This document shows, in pieces, positions 53,684-61,816 of a stretch of DNA of 64,000 bases. The notes beneath the pieces are model-generated. The model was not told where the DNA came from and searched no databases. It saw only the letters and a program-made list of their open reading frames with translations. The position numbers and the translations under genes were made by a program. Position 1 is the first letter of the stretch. Every line of letters starts with the position of its first letter. Origin of the DNA: an uncultured Eubacteriales bacterium (GTDB taxonomy: Bacteria > Bacillota > Clostridia > Oscillospirales > CAG-272); the NCBI GenBank assembly GCA_934378145.1, contig CAKXXW010000004.1, positions 14,658 to 78,657 of the forward strand, written 5' to 3'.

Positions 53684-54199
53684 ATGAATTGTCCTAACTG
53701 CAATCAGCCGATCGAGGAAGGCACGAAGTTCTGCACGAACTGCGGCGCATCGGTCGCGCAGCAGACCGCCGAGGTAAAGACCGAAGAAGTAAAGCCCGAG
53801 CAGACCGTTGAAGTGAAGACCGAAGAAGTAAAGACCGAACCGACAGCCGAGGTAAAGACCGAAAATACCGCGTGGCAGGCTCCCGAGCAGCCCGCGCCGA
53901 CGATGACGCCCGATACATCTTACTATGAGGAGCCGAAGAAGACGACAAACGGTTTCGCGATCGCGGGACTTATAGTCTCACTTGTGACGCCGTTCAGCTT
54001 TATTTCTCTCGCACTCAGCATTATCGGACTTGTGTTCGCAATAAAGAAGTGGAATTCGAGCGGCAAGGGCATGGCTATTGCCGGCATCGTTATTTCCGGC
54101 ATCGAGCTGATCCTTTTGCCGGTACTGGCATTTATAGTTGCACTCATCTTTACGCTTTCTCCCGAACCGCAACCCGCATTCCTTCTCGCACTGCTGTAA
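53684..54199 (+). CDS. zinc-ribbon plus DUF4190-like membrane protein (paralogue) with an EVKTE tandem repeat linker
   Basis: MNCPNCNQPIEEGTKFCTNCGASV, then AEVKTEEVKPEQTVEVKTEEVKTEPTAEVKTEN, then TM helices. Confidence 0.7.
   Translation: MNCPNCNQPIEEGTKFCTNCGASVAQQTAEVKTEEVKPEQTVEVKTEEVKTEPTAEVKTENTAWQAPEQPAPTMTPDTSYYEEPKKTTNGFAIAGLIVSLVTPFSFISLALSIIGLVFAIKKWNSSGKGMAIAGIVISGIELILLPVLAFIVALIFTLSPEPQPAFLLALL
53771..53866 (+). repeat. in-frame degenerate tandem repeat (GAGGTAAAGACCGAAGAAGTAAAG-like units)
   Basis: The coding repeat produces EVKTEEVK units. Confidence 0.6.
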
Positions 54200-54245
54200 A
54201 ATAAAACATAAAAGCTCCCTTTACGGGAGAGAACAGGTGACAAAA

Positions 54246-55730
54246 ATGAAAAAACGCCATATTACGCTGACCGCGGCACTCCTTCTTCTCGGAATGCTCG
54301 TCACATCCTGCACTCCCGCCGTCAATACGCCGGAAGCGACCACGACCGGAAATAACCCCGACAGCGATACGCCGACGGGTGAGCCTACGGGTCAGCCTAC
54401 CGATGAGTCGACCGGCGGCGCTCCCGATGAGCCGGCAGCACCGAAGTCGCTCAGGATCCTTGCGATAGGCAACAGCTTCTCGACCGACTGCATGCAGTAC
54501 CTTTATAACATAATGAAGAGCGGCGGCGTCGAGAATGTCGTCCTCGGCAACCTCTATTACGGCGGATGCAGCCTTGCACAGCACCTTGACTTTGCAAAAA
54601 ACAGCAAGCCGAATTATACTTACTATAAGAATACCACAGGAAGCTGGAACAAGACCGACAACTATGTACTTGCCGACGCGCTGAAGGACGAGGAATGGGA
54701 TTATATCACCTTCCAGCAGACCTCGAAGACCTGCGGTCTTGAGTCGAGCTACGGCGAGACCTTGACCTCGCTCGTCGATTTTGTAGAGGAGAGAGCGCCG
54801 AAGAGCGCGAAGTTCCTCTGGAATATGACATGGGCGTATCAGCAGGACAGCACGCACAAGTCTTTCCCAAACTACGATAAGAGCCAGCAGAAGATGTACG
54901 ATATGATACTTGACTGCGTGGAGAAGTGCATAAAGCCCGAGAAGCGCTTTGTCGGTATCATACCCTGCATGACCTCGATCCAGAATGCGAGGACATCCTT
55001 CCTCGGAGATACGCTCACGCGCGACGGCTATCACCTTGATTATTACATCGGCAGATACATCGCGGGTCTGACATGGTTCAGCGCGATAACCGGGATCTCG
55101 CCCGAGAAGGTGAGCTACAATCCCTCCGAAGCTATGATCTCCCCCGATATGTTGGCGGTCGCGCGCGAGGCTGTCGCCGCGGCGATAAAGACCCCGGGAG
55201 CCGTCACCGAATCGAAGATCAAAGAGGGCAAGAGAGGCGAAGGTAAGCCCGCCGACGACCCGACTATCACCCTCGATCCGGCGGATTTCTTTGAGGCTGA
55301 CAGCAGAGTCGCCGAGAAAAACGGCGTCGACCTCACGAAGTACACGCTCCTCAAATGGGAATATCTCGAGAACACCTATTGGAACTGCACGAGCAAGGCG
55401 GGGACCACGACCCCGGGCGAGAGTGCCGGAACATATCATCAGAATGTCTGCACGAAGAAGAAATTCAGCATCACCGAGCTTCCCGCGGGAAGTATCATCA
55501 TCTGTGACAACGGATGGCAGTACAGGCTTGAGATATATACTTCCGAGGACGCAAAGTATACCGGCAAGCGCCCGACGATGAACACCTCGGAATACTATGT
55601 GATAACCGAGGAATTCCTCAACGGTTGCAAGTATATCGCATGGAATGTTTCGAGCAACCCGAAGAGCGATATTTCGGCGATATATGCGCAGGCAGCCTGC
55701 CATGTCAGGGTCTATGTGCCGAACAAGTAA
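54246..55730 (+). CDS. DUF4886/SGNH-like lipoprotein with an extra C-terminal domain
   Basis: The ATG at 54246 gives MKKRHITLTAALLLLGMLVTSC (lipobox). LRILAIGNSFSTDCMQYL follows. It is a paralogue of the 30773 gene. Confidence 0.7.
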   Translation: MKKRHITLTAALLLLGMLVTSCTPAVNTPEATTTGNNPDSDTPTGEPTGQPTDESTGGAPDEPAAPKSLRILAIGNSFSTDCMQYLYNIMKSGGVENVVLGNLYYGGCSLAQHLDFAKNSKPNYTYYKNTTGSWNKTDNYVLADALKDEEWDYITFQQTSKTCGLESSYGETLTSLVDFVEERAPKSAKFLWNMTWAYQQDSTHKSFPNYDKSQQKMYDMILDCVEKCIKPEKRFVGIIPCMTSIQNARTSFLGDTLTRDGYHLDYYIGRYIAGLTWFSAITGISPEKVSYNPSEAMISPDMLAVAREAVAAAIKTPGAVTESKIKEGKRGEGKPADDPTITLDPADFFEADSRVAEKNGVDLTKYTLLKWEYLENTYWNCTSKAGTTTPGESAGTYHQNVCTKKKFSITELPAGSIIICDNGWQYRLEIYTSEDAKYTGKRPTMNTSEYYVITEEFLNGCKYIAWNVSSNPKSDISAIYAQAACHVRVYVPNK

Positions 55731-55753
55731 TTTAAGTAATTTATAATGAAGAT

Positions 55754-55790
55754 CCCCCGCCGACCGCGAATGCGGTCGGCGGGGGTTTTG
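55754..55790 (+). terminator. rho-independent terminator
   Basis: CCCCCGCCGACCGC-gaat-GCGGTCGGCGGGGG followed by TTTT. Confidence 0.8.
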
Positions 55791-55853
55791 TTGACATTTT
55801 TATCCGTTTATGATAATATAAAAATAACTATTAAAAAATCGGAGGATAACTTT

Positions 55854-57416
55854 ATGAAGACGAAAAACGCAAAACCGATACTTATTATTCTGCTGATGCT
55901 CTTCTGTGCGGCGGTGCTTGCCTCGTGCGCGAAGGAGCCGAAAGTGCTTGACACGCCGCGGAGCCTTGCGGTGGAGGGCGAGACTCTCTCGTGGAAGGCT
56001 GTCGAGGGCGCCTCGGGCTACGCTGTCGAGATCGACGGCGAGGAATACGAGTGCGACACGAACAGTTTCAGCCTCTTCCTCATCACGACGAAGGAGAAAA
56101 AATACGGGATCCGCGTCCTTGCATTCAGCTATGAGTCGGGATACGCCGATTCCGAGTGGTCGAAGCTGCTCGAATACACGCCGAAGCTCGCGGAGGGGCT
56201 TGTTTTCGAGCCGGAAGAGAAGGGCAACGGCTGCACGGTCGGCGCAGACCCGCAAAACAAGCCGGTCGGCAAACTCGTGATACCTGACAAAGATCCTGCG
56301 ACAGGACTTCATGTTACCTCTCTGAAAAGGGAAGCTTTCAAGGATTGTAAAGAGCTTACCGCAGTCATCATCCCCGATTCGGTTAAAATAATACAATCGA
56401 GCGCATTCAAAGGTTGCGAGGCTCTTACCGATGTAAAGTTGCCGAGGTGGCTTCGTGAGCTATATCTCGAGGCTTTTATGAACTGCTCGTCGCTCGCAAA
56501 AATAGATCTGCCGGACGAACTCGAGAAGATCGGTCCGAATGCTTTCAGCGGTACCGCGATAAGCTCTCTGACTATTCCCGCGAATGTGAGTGTATGGGGA
56601 CTCGGATATGGCATCTTCAGAAATTGTCCGAATCTTACCTCGATAGCCGTCGACGAAAAAAACGGATACTTTTATTCGGAAAACAATTGCATACTTAAGA
56701 AAAAGGATCGCTCGCTTTGTATCGGCATAAAGACGAGCGTCATACCCGATTATGTGAAGGATATAGGTGTCGGAGCGTTTGCCGGCACCATAGGATTGAC
56801 GGAGATAGTGCTTCCGGACGGCATGGAGAATATCGGTATGTCGGCATTTTCTGATTGCCCCGATCTTGTTTCGGTGAAGCTTAACGACGGACTCAAGTCG
56901 ATCCAAGAAAGCGCATTCAAAAAGTGTCCGATCGAGAAAATATATATTCCCGCGTCGGTCGAATTTATCGGAAACGGAATGTTTTCCAATTGCGAAAACC
57001 TTACCGATATGACGATAGATCCGGCAAATAAGATTTATAAAAGCGACGGAGGTTGCGTGGTAAGACTTGCCGACAGCGCATTGATAAGCTGCAGCGGCTC
57101 GTCGGATTATGTTCCGGCGGGAATTAAAATAATTGAAAGTGAGGCATTTTTTGCGCATCGGTTCCACGGTAGACTGATCCTTCCGGAGGGATTAGAGAAG
57201 ATATGCACTGAGGCTTTTTATCTAAGTAGAATTACAAGTGTAATTATGCCCGATTCTCTCAAGGAAATAGAAGCTGATGCTTTTTTGTGGTGCTATCAGC
57301 TAAAATATGTTGAGCTTCCTGAGGGAGTGATACTTTATGAAGCTTTTTCCGACGGTTTTGGCGGGCCTTCAATACCGTCATATGCTCAGGTCGTTGTCAG
57401 GAAAAAAACGGCTTAA
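55854..57416 (+). CDS. lipoprotein with an FN3-like N-domain and BspA-type leucine-rich repeats
   Basis: GGAGG precedes the ATG at 55854. Lipobox VLASC. Repeated units are ...IPDSVKIIQSSAFKGCEALTDVKLP... (LRR_5 type). Confidence 0.75.
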   Translation: MKTKNAKPILIILLMLFCAAVLASCAKEPKVLDTPRSLAVEGETLSWKAVEGASGYAVEIDGEEYECDTNSFSLFLITTKEKKYGIRVLAFSYESGYADSEWSKLLEYTPKLAEGLVFEPEEKGNGCTVGADPQNKPVGKLVIPDKDPATGLHVTSLKREAFKDCKELTAVIIPDSVKIIQSSAFKGCEALTDVKLPRWLRELYLEAFMNCSSLAKIDLPDELEKIGPNAFSGTAISSLTIPANVSVWGLGYGIFRNCPNLTSIAVDEKNGYFYSENNCILKKKDRSLCIGIKTSVIPDYVKDIGVGAFAGTIGLTEIVLPDGMENIGMSAFSDCPDLVSVKLNDGLKSIQESAFKKCPIEKIYIPASVEFIGNGMFSNCENLTDMTIDPANKIYKSDGGCVVRLADSALISCSGSSDYVPAGIKIIESEAFFAHRFHGRLILPEGLEKICTEAFYLSRITSVIMPDSLKEIEADAFLWCYQLKYVELPEGVILYEAFSDGFGGPSIPSYAQVVVRKKTA

Positions 57417-57456
57417 TATAAGCCGAAAAAATAAAAAAGAAAAAAGGAGAAACACC

Positions 57457-58701
57457 ATGAAAAACCAGAAGTTCAGATCAATCATCGCACTCGCACTCAC
57501 AGTTATTCTCGCTTTCGCAGTATTCATCCCTATTCTCCGCGTTCCCGCTTCGGCAGAAATGCTTAACAAATGTTATTATTTCAGCGATTATGAACCAAGT
57601 CAGACTTTTTACACCAATGAAATCAACGGAACATTTCAAGACAGCAACTTATATTATTATGACAGCGATTCTTTCGAGCGAGAGTTTGTAAGCAGATACA
57701 CTACTGGGCTATTGGACAATATTAGCAATGCGTATGTGATATTTGAAATACGGAGAAATCTTGCGCCGGTTGCTTATGATCCGAATAACAGCAGCTATTC
57801 CAAACCTTTTTTGCTGCATTTGGCTGATTTCTTTGGCGAACTCAAGGACAGAGGTTGTCAGGTCATGTTCATCAGCAGCGTACACCATATCCGTATGGCG
57901 GGTTATTATGAAGATTTACTTGCCAATGTGGATGTTCATGTCGATATTGCCATCTGGGACAGATTCGTTCTGACGGCTCTGTATAATATGTGGAATACCC
58001 CGGATCATAATTTGGATAATACCACAATAATTTTAGACGAATGCCTGTCGCAAGAAGATACAAACGGTCATAAATGGTTTGCTTACAATTATATCAAGCC
58101 GTTTATCCGCGCATTGTACAGAGACGAAATTATATCAGATGATCTTACTACAAGACAATTGTTATTGAACAAAAATATAAAAATAATTTACTACATGGGC
58201 GATGGTTTATATCGTGACGCTTTGAATGAGAACGCCGTAGCAAATACAACCGATGACATATACGATTTTATACAATTAACAAATAATACGCGTATTTTTG
58301 CTTTGGGATCTAGTGCGATGGGGTACAGTGCACTCAATGACTGGCTGTTTGATGTGAACGGTATCTGGGAAGCCGATGATGAAGTTAATTTGCAGGCTTA
58401 TGTATATAATATCGACGGATACAATCTGTCCGAATACAGTCGCGTCAAGATTACTCCGAGTAATCCCGATGTCACGGATATTATGAGAGCATTTATAAGT
58501 GATAACACTACCGAATTGGAGTCATTTGACAACTATTCAAACGGAATATCCGAAATAACATACAATTATATACGCGGAAGTCATGTAAATCAGAGCAAGA
58601 CGTCTTGGCTTTTGGATTTTGAGTTTGGAGACAGCGATTTCCCCATCGGTTGGTTCCAGATTGTTATGGATCCCGATGAGTACGATTTTTATTTCGGTTA
58701 A
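57457..58701 (+). CDS. hypothetical secreted protein, N/Y/D-rich and low GC
   Basis: AAGGAGA precedes the ATG at 57457. It has a signal-peptide-like N-terminus (IIALALTVILAFAVFIPILRVPASA) and no motif I recognise. Confidence 0.55.
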   Translation: MKNQKFRSIIALALTVILAFAVFIPILRVPASAEMLNKCYYFSDYEPSQTFYTNEINGTFQDSNLYYYDSDSFEREFVSRYTTGLLDNISNAYVIFEIRRNLAPVAYDPNNSSYSKPFLLHLADFFGELKDRGCQVMFISSVHHIRMAGYYEDLLANVDVHVDIAIWDRFVLTALYNMWNTPDHNLDNTTIILDECLSQEDTNGHKWFAYNYIKPFIRALYRDEIISDDLTTRQLLLNKNIKIIYYMGDGLYRDALNENAVANTTDDIYDFIQLTNNTRIFALGSSAMGYSALNDWLFDVNGIWEADDEVNLQAYVYNIDGYNLSEYSRVKITPSNPDVTDIMRAFISDNTTELESFDNYSNGISEITYNYIRGSHVNQSKTSWLLDFEFGDSDFPIGWFQIVMDPDEYDFYFG

Positions 58702-58726
58702 AACATCTGACAATAACACATAAAAA

Positions 58727-58749
58727 GGGTGCAGGCTAAGCCTGCACCC
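58727..58749 (+). terminator. hairpin terminator (weak T-tract)
   Basis: GGGTGCAGG-ctaag-CCTGCACCC. Confidence 0.5.
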
Positions 58750-58775
58750 GATCTTTGCGGTAGAAATAATAAACA

Positions 58776-58809
58776 GAAAAAAGCACTTGCTATCGCAAGT
58801 GCTTTTTTC
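58776..58809. terminator. bidirectional terminator abutting the tRNA 3' end
   Basis: A-run, AGCACTTGC-tatc-GCAAGTGCT, then a T-run. Confidence 0.75.
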
Positions 58810-58886
58810 TGGTGGGCCATCAGGGACTCGAACCCCGGACCGACCGGTTATGAGCCGGTAGCTCTAACCAACTGAGCTAATGGCCC
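58810..58886 (-). tRNA. tRNA with a CAU anticodon (elongator Met or lysidine-dependent Ile2), with encoded CCA
   Basis: The reverse complement is GGGCCAT-TA-GCTC-AGTTGGTTA-GAGC-T-ACCGG-CTCATAA-CCGGT-CGGTC-CGGGG-TTCGAGT-CCCTG-ATGGCCC-ACCA. This is a full cloverleaf of 77 nt. It lacks the initiator features (no 1:72 mismatch and no 3xG:C anticodon stem). Confidence 0.9.
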
Positions 58887-58906
58887 GTTTTTCAAACGGC
58901 TTTACT

Positions 58907-58935
58907 ATTATAGCCGCCAAATTCCGCTTTGTCAA
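58907..58935 (-). promoter_or_regulatory. consensus sigma-A promoter of the tRNA gene
   Basis: On the minus strand: TTGACA (58935-58930), 17 nt, TATAAT (58912-58907), about 20 nt upstream of tRNA position 1. Confidence 0.6.
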
Positions 58936-59079
58936 GGGCTTTGCCGAAAATCTTTCAAATTTTTTTGCTTTTCTTCCTCCGGAGAGATATTTTTTGCCCA
59001 TCGACACGATACACTTGTTTTCTCACGCGGGGCGGCTTATACTTTTGTCGTATCGATCACGAAAGGATGTGTATTCAGA

Positions 59080-59790
59080 ATGATGAAAAATTTTTTCCGC
59101 ACCATGTTGGCTCTGTGCCTTGCGCTCGCGCTCGCCGCGACCCTTTTCTCCTGCGCCATGTTTGAGGACGGGGGCGGCGACACCGGAGACGGCGGGCTTT
59201 TTCCCTCCGACTCGCAATCGTCGCAGGACGCGGTCTATTCGAGCCTTATCGGGCTTCTCCGCTCCGAGATAGAACGCCTTCGCTCCGAGCAGAACGCCGA
59301 CCGCGATGAGTACAGCGAGCGCATCGCCGCGCTCGAGAGCGAACTTGCCGCGGTGAAGGAGGCTGCCGCAAGCGCCTCGCCGAAACCCTCTGACAGCGGA
59401 ACGACCCGCCCCGCGCCCGACGAGAGCTGCTTTACATACACCGTCGACGACGGCAAGGTGACCCTCACGGGTTACACGGGCGAGAGTGAGAGCATCACCG
59501 TCCCCGAAACGCTCGGCGGCTATCCCGTCGTTGCGCTCGCCGACGACTGCTTCCGCGCAAAGAACAGGATCACCTCTGTCGTCCTTCCCGAAGGGCTCCA
59601 GAAGATCGGCTGGTTTGCCTTCTTCGGTTGCACCTCACTGAAGAGCGTCAAGATCCCCGGCTCGGTCGTGTCGATAGGCTACGATGCTTTCACGAACTGC
59701 CCGAAGGTTGTCATATCCTGCCCGTCCGGCTCTGCCGCCGAAAGGTACGCGAAGAGCTACGGAATATCCTGCTCTACGGTATCGGGATAA
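59080..59790 (+). CDS. lipoprotein with a coiled-coil segment and BspA-type leucine-rich repeats
   Basis: Lipobox LFSC and the C-terminal units ...SVVLPEGLQKIGWFAFFGCTSLKSVKIPGSVVSIGYDAFTNC. Confidence 0.7.
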   Translation: MMKNFFRTMLALCLALALAATLFSCAMFEDGGGDTGDGGLFPSDSQSSQDAVYSSLIGLLRSEIERLRSEQNADRDEYSERIAALESELAAVKEAAASASPKPSDSGTTRPAPDESCFTYTVDDGKVTLTGYTGESESITVPETLGGYPVVALADDCFRAKNRITSVVLPEGLQKIGWFAFFGCTSLKSVKIPGSVVSIGYDAFTNCPKVVISCPSGSAAERYAKSYGISCSTVSG

Positions 59791-59797
59791 AGGGGTA

Positions 59798-59826
59798 TTG
59801 ACCTTTTCCGCATTTTGCTGTATAAT
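59798..59826 (+). promoter_or_regulatory. sigma-A-type promoter
   Basis: TTGACC (59798-59803), 17 nt, TATAAT (59821-59826). Confidence 0.55.
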
Positions 59827-59858
59827 AGATAAATCAAATGCGGAGGGAGGCGAAGACC

Positions 59859-61460
59859 GTGCCTAAAAAAGTGAAGATGCCGGTGATAATTGCCGTTGTG
59901 CTGGCTCTTTTTCTGCCCACCTACGCCGCCCTTATAAGCTATTTTGCGATCCTGCGTCAGCCGGCTCTCATGTCGGCGGGGCATTACAAAATAAGCGTCG
60001 TTCAGCCCGACGGCTCCGACCTTGAGATCGACAGCGCCGATACCTCGGAGATGATAAACCTCTTCCGTGCTATGAGGCGCGATGCCGTCAGCGTCGGAAA
60101 CGCCGATGTTTCGGACTGCTATGCCTACAATGTGACGCTTTCGGACGGGCAGAAATCGGACACGATCTGCTGCTTCTTCTCGCCGGAGGGCAAGGGGTAT
60201 ATCAGGGACGGGAGTTCTGCGTTTTCCGAGATACCTCGGCGCTACACCGATATCTTCCTCGCGGGCAGCTATTCCTATATGCTTTACAGGAATTCTTCGA
60301 TGCCCGTGATGGTGTTTTCGGGTTTTTCGGTCGTGCCGAAGAGCGCCGAATGGTCGTATTCCGGCTATAAAGGGAAACGCACCTTCTGCAAGGTCGCGGT
60401 CGCGGACAAGGTCGCAAACTACGGGAACTCTTCGACTCCCTCGATAACTTTCAGCGCAGCACCCGAAAGCTGCACCGTTACCATCTATTCGGGCAGCGAC
60501 AAGCTGTTTGAGGGTTCGCTCGGGGATTTCACCTCTCTTGCCGATCAGCTCACGGGAAGCTATTCCTATACAGTGAAGGCACGGTGGCAGAACGGCAGTG
60601 CGGAGTATGTGTTCACCTCGTCTCCCGTCGGAAAGGCGAGCTTTTCGCTCGTCGCCTACCCGATCGAGAACGGAGGCTACGCGGTGATCTCCGGCACCGG
60701 AGTGCTTGACCCCGATGCGGCTACGGTGAGCGTTTCTCCGTCCGTCGGTGCAAAGCCCCGCTTCTTCAGAAACGGCGGATCGGTATGCGCGCTGATACCC
60801 TTCGGGCTTGATGTGTTCGACTTTTCGGACGGCTCGGGCGAGAAGTGCGAATATTCCGTCACCGTATCCTACGGCGGCGAGAGCAGCACCTTCCGCATAA
60901 GCCTTTCCGAGACTGTCTATCGGGAAAAAGAGCTGAAATATACCGGATCTTCGGTCATGAGCGCCGCAAATCTTGAGAAAACGAAGAGCCTTATCGCCTC
61001 GGTATGCGCTTCGGATGAGCAGAATGTGAGAATGTCGGGGAGCTTCCTTGACTGCACAACGCAGGGCTTCACATACAGCCCGGGCTTCGGATGGGTGAGG
61101 ATACTGCCCGATTCGTCAAAGATCATTCAGCAGGGAGTGCAGTACAGATCCGAGAAGTCGGGGACTGCCGTTCCGGCTCTGAACGCCGGTGAGGTCGTGA
61201 AGGTCGGCAGCGACGCCCTGCTCGGAAATTACGCAGTGATAGACCACGGACTCGGGATAAAGACATGGTACTGTCACCTCAGCACATATGCCGTCGCCGA
61301 GCATCAGTCGGTAACGAAGGGGGAGACTGTCGGCTTGACAGGCTCGACCGGATACGCCGACACGACCGGATTTTTCCTTATAACAACGGTAAACGGAGTG
61401 CCGGTCTCGCCCTATACCATGCAGGAAAGCGGTATTCCCACGGTAAAGTCCGGCGGATAA
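59859..61460 (+). CDS. membrane-anchored protein with a degenerate M23 (LytM) domain
   Basis: GGAGGGAGG lies 8 nt before the GTG at 59859 (the track ATG at 59838 would be almost leaderless). There is an N-terminal TM helix. The C-terminus reads GNYAVIDHGLGIKTWYCHLS...GETVGLTGSTGYADTTGFFLITTVNG, which has the M23 fold signature but lacks the HxH motif and the upstream HxxxD motif. Confidence 0.7.
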   Translation: MPKKVKMPVIIAVVLALFLPTYAALISYFAILRQPALMSAGHYKISVVQPDGSDLEIDSADTSEMINLFRAMRRDAVSVGNADVSDCYAYNVTLSDGQKSDTICCFFSPEGKGYIRDGSSAFSEIPRRYTDIFLAGSYSYMLYRNSSMPVMVFSGFSVVPKSAEWSYSGYKGKRTFCKVAVADKVANYGNSSTPSITFSAAPESCTVTIYSGSDKLFEGSLGDFTSLADQLTGSYSYTVKARWQNGSAEYVFTSSPVGKASFSLVAYPIENGGYAVISGTGVLDPDAATVSVSPSVGAKPRFFRNGGSVCALIPFGLDVFDFSDGSGEKCEYSVTVSYGGESSTFRISLSETVYREKELKYTGSSVMSAANLEKTKSLIASVCASDEQNVRMSGSFLDCTTQGFTYSPGFGWVRILPDSSKIIQQGVQYRSEKSGTAVPALNAGEVVKVGSDALLGNYAVIDHGLGIKTWYCHLSTYAVAEHQSVTKGETVGLTGSTGYADTTGFFLITTVNGVPVSPYTMQESGIPTVKSGG

Positions 61461-61484
61461 ATTAAAATAATATGGAAAAAAGCC

Positions 61485-61513
61485 TTGACACAGGGGTAAA
61501 TGAGTGGTATAAT
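61485..61513 (+). promoter_or_regulatory. consensus sigma-A promoter (extended -10) upstream of rpmG-secE-nusG
   Basis: TTGACA (61485-61490), 17 nt, TGgTATAAT (TATAAT at 61508-61513). Confidence 0.6.
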
Positions 61514-61640
61514 GACTCTACCTCTGCGGACAGGGCTTTTTTCATTATGCCTGCGCCAAGGGTACTGTTTCGCGGAGGGAGGTACGAACGCCCGGCGCAA
61601 AGCGTTCGGGCAAATTTATTAAGGAGGTGCCGAAAAACAA

Positions 61641-61802
61641 ATGGCCAACGACGCAAGAGTCAAGGTTACTCTCGTTTGCAGCGAGTGCAAGCAGAGAAAC
61701 TATGACACAAAGAAAAACAAAAAGAACGATCCGGACAGGCTCGAAATGAAGAAGTATTGCCGCTTCTGCCGCAAGCACACTCTTCACAAAGAATCCAAGT
61801 AA
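61641..61802 (+). CDS. rpmG: 50S ribosomal protein L33
   Basis: AAGGAGG lies upstream. The 53-aa product is [53 protein letters not shown], which is below the track cut-off. Confidence 0.93.
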   Translation: MANDARVKVTLVCSECKQRNYDTKKNKKNDPDRLEMKKYCRFCRKHTLHKESK

Positions 61803-61816
61803 CGGGGGACGGTCAG

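Noticed and set aside
58810-58886. The tRNA gene as the attachment site of the 16-30 kb island or of an intact element.
   Set aside because: The integrase is 41 kb away, with clearly native genes in between. I found no duplicated copy of the tRNA 3' end anywhere in the window. Only the compositional anomaly immediately next to the tRNA is reported as a finding.
61514-61640. The roughly 125-nt leader between the consensus promoter and rpmG, and the nusG-rplK spacer (62880-62970) with small hairpins, as ribosomal-protein autoregulatory leaders.
   Set aside because: Short hairpins are visible (for example GCCCGGCGCAAAGCGTTCGGGC at about 61591-61612 and GCGGCAGAGTGCCGC at about 62891-62905). I cannot match them to the known L1, L10 or L11-type leader structures from sequence alone, so the evidence is too weak to call.
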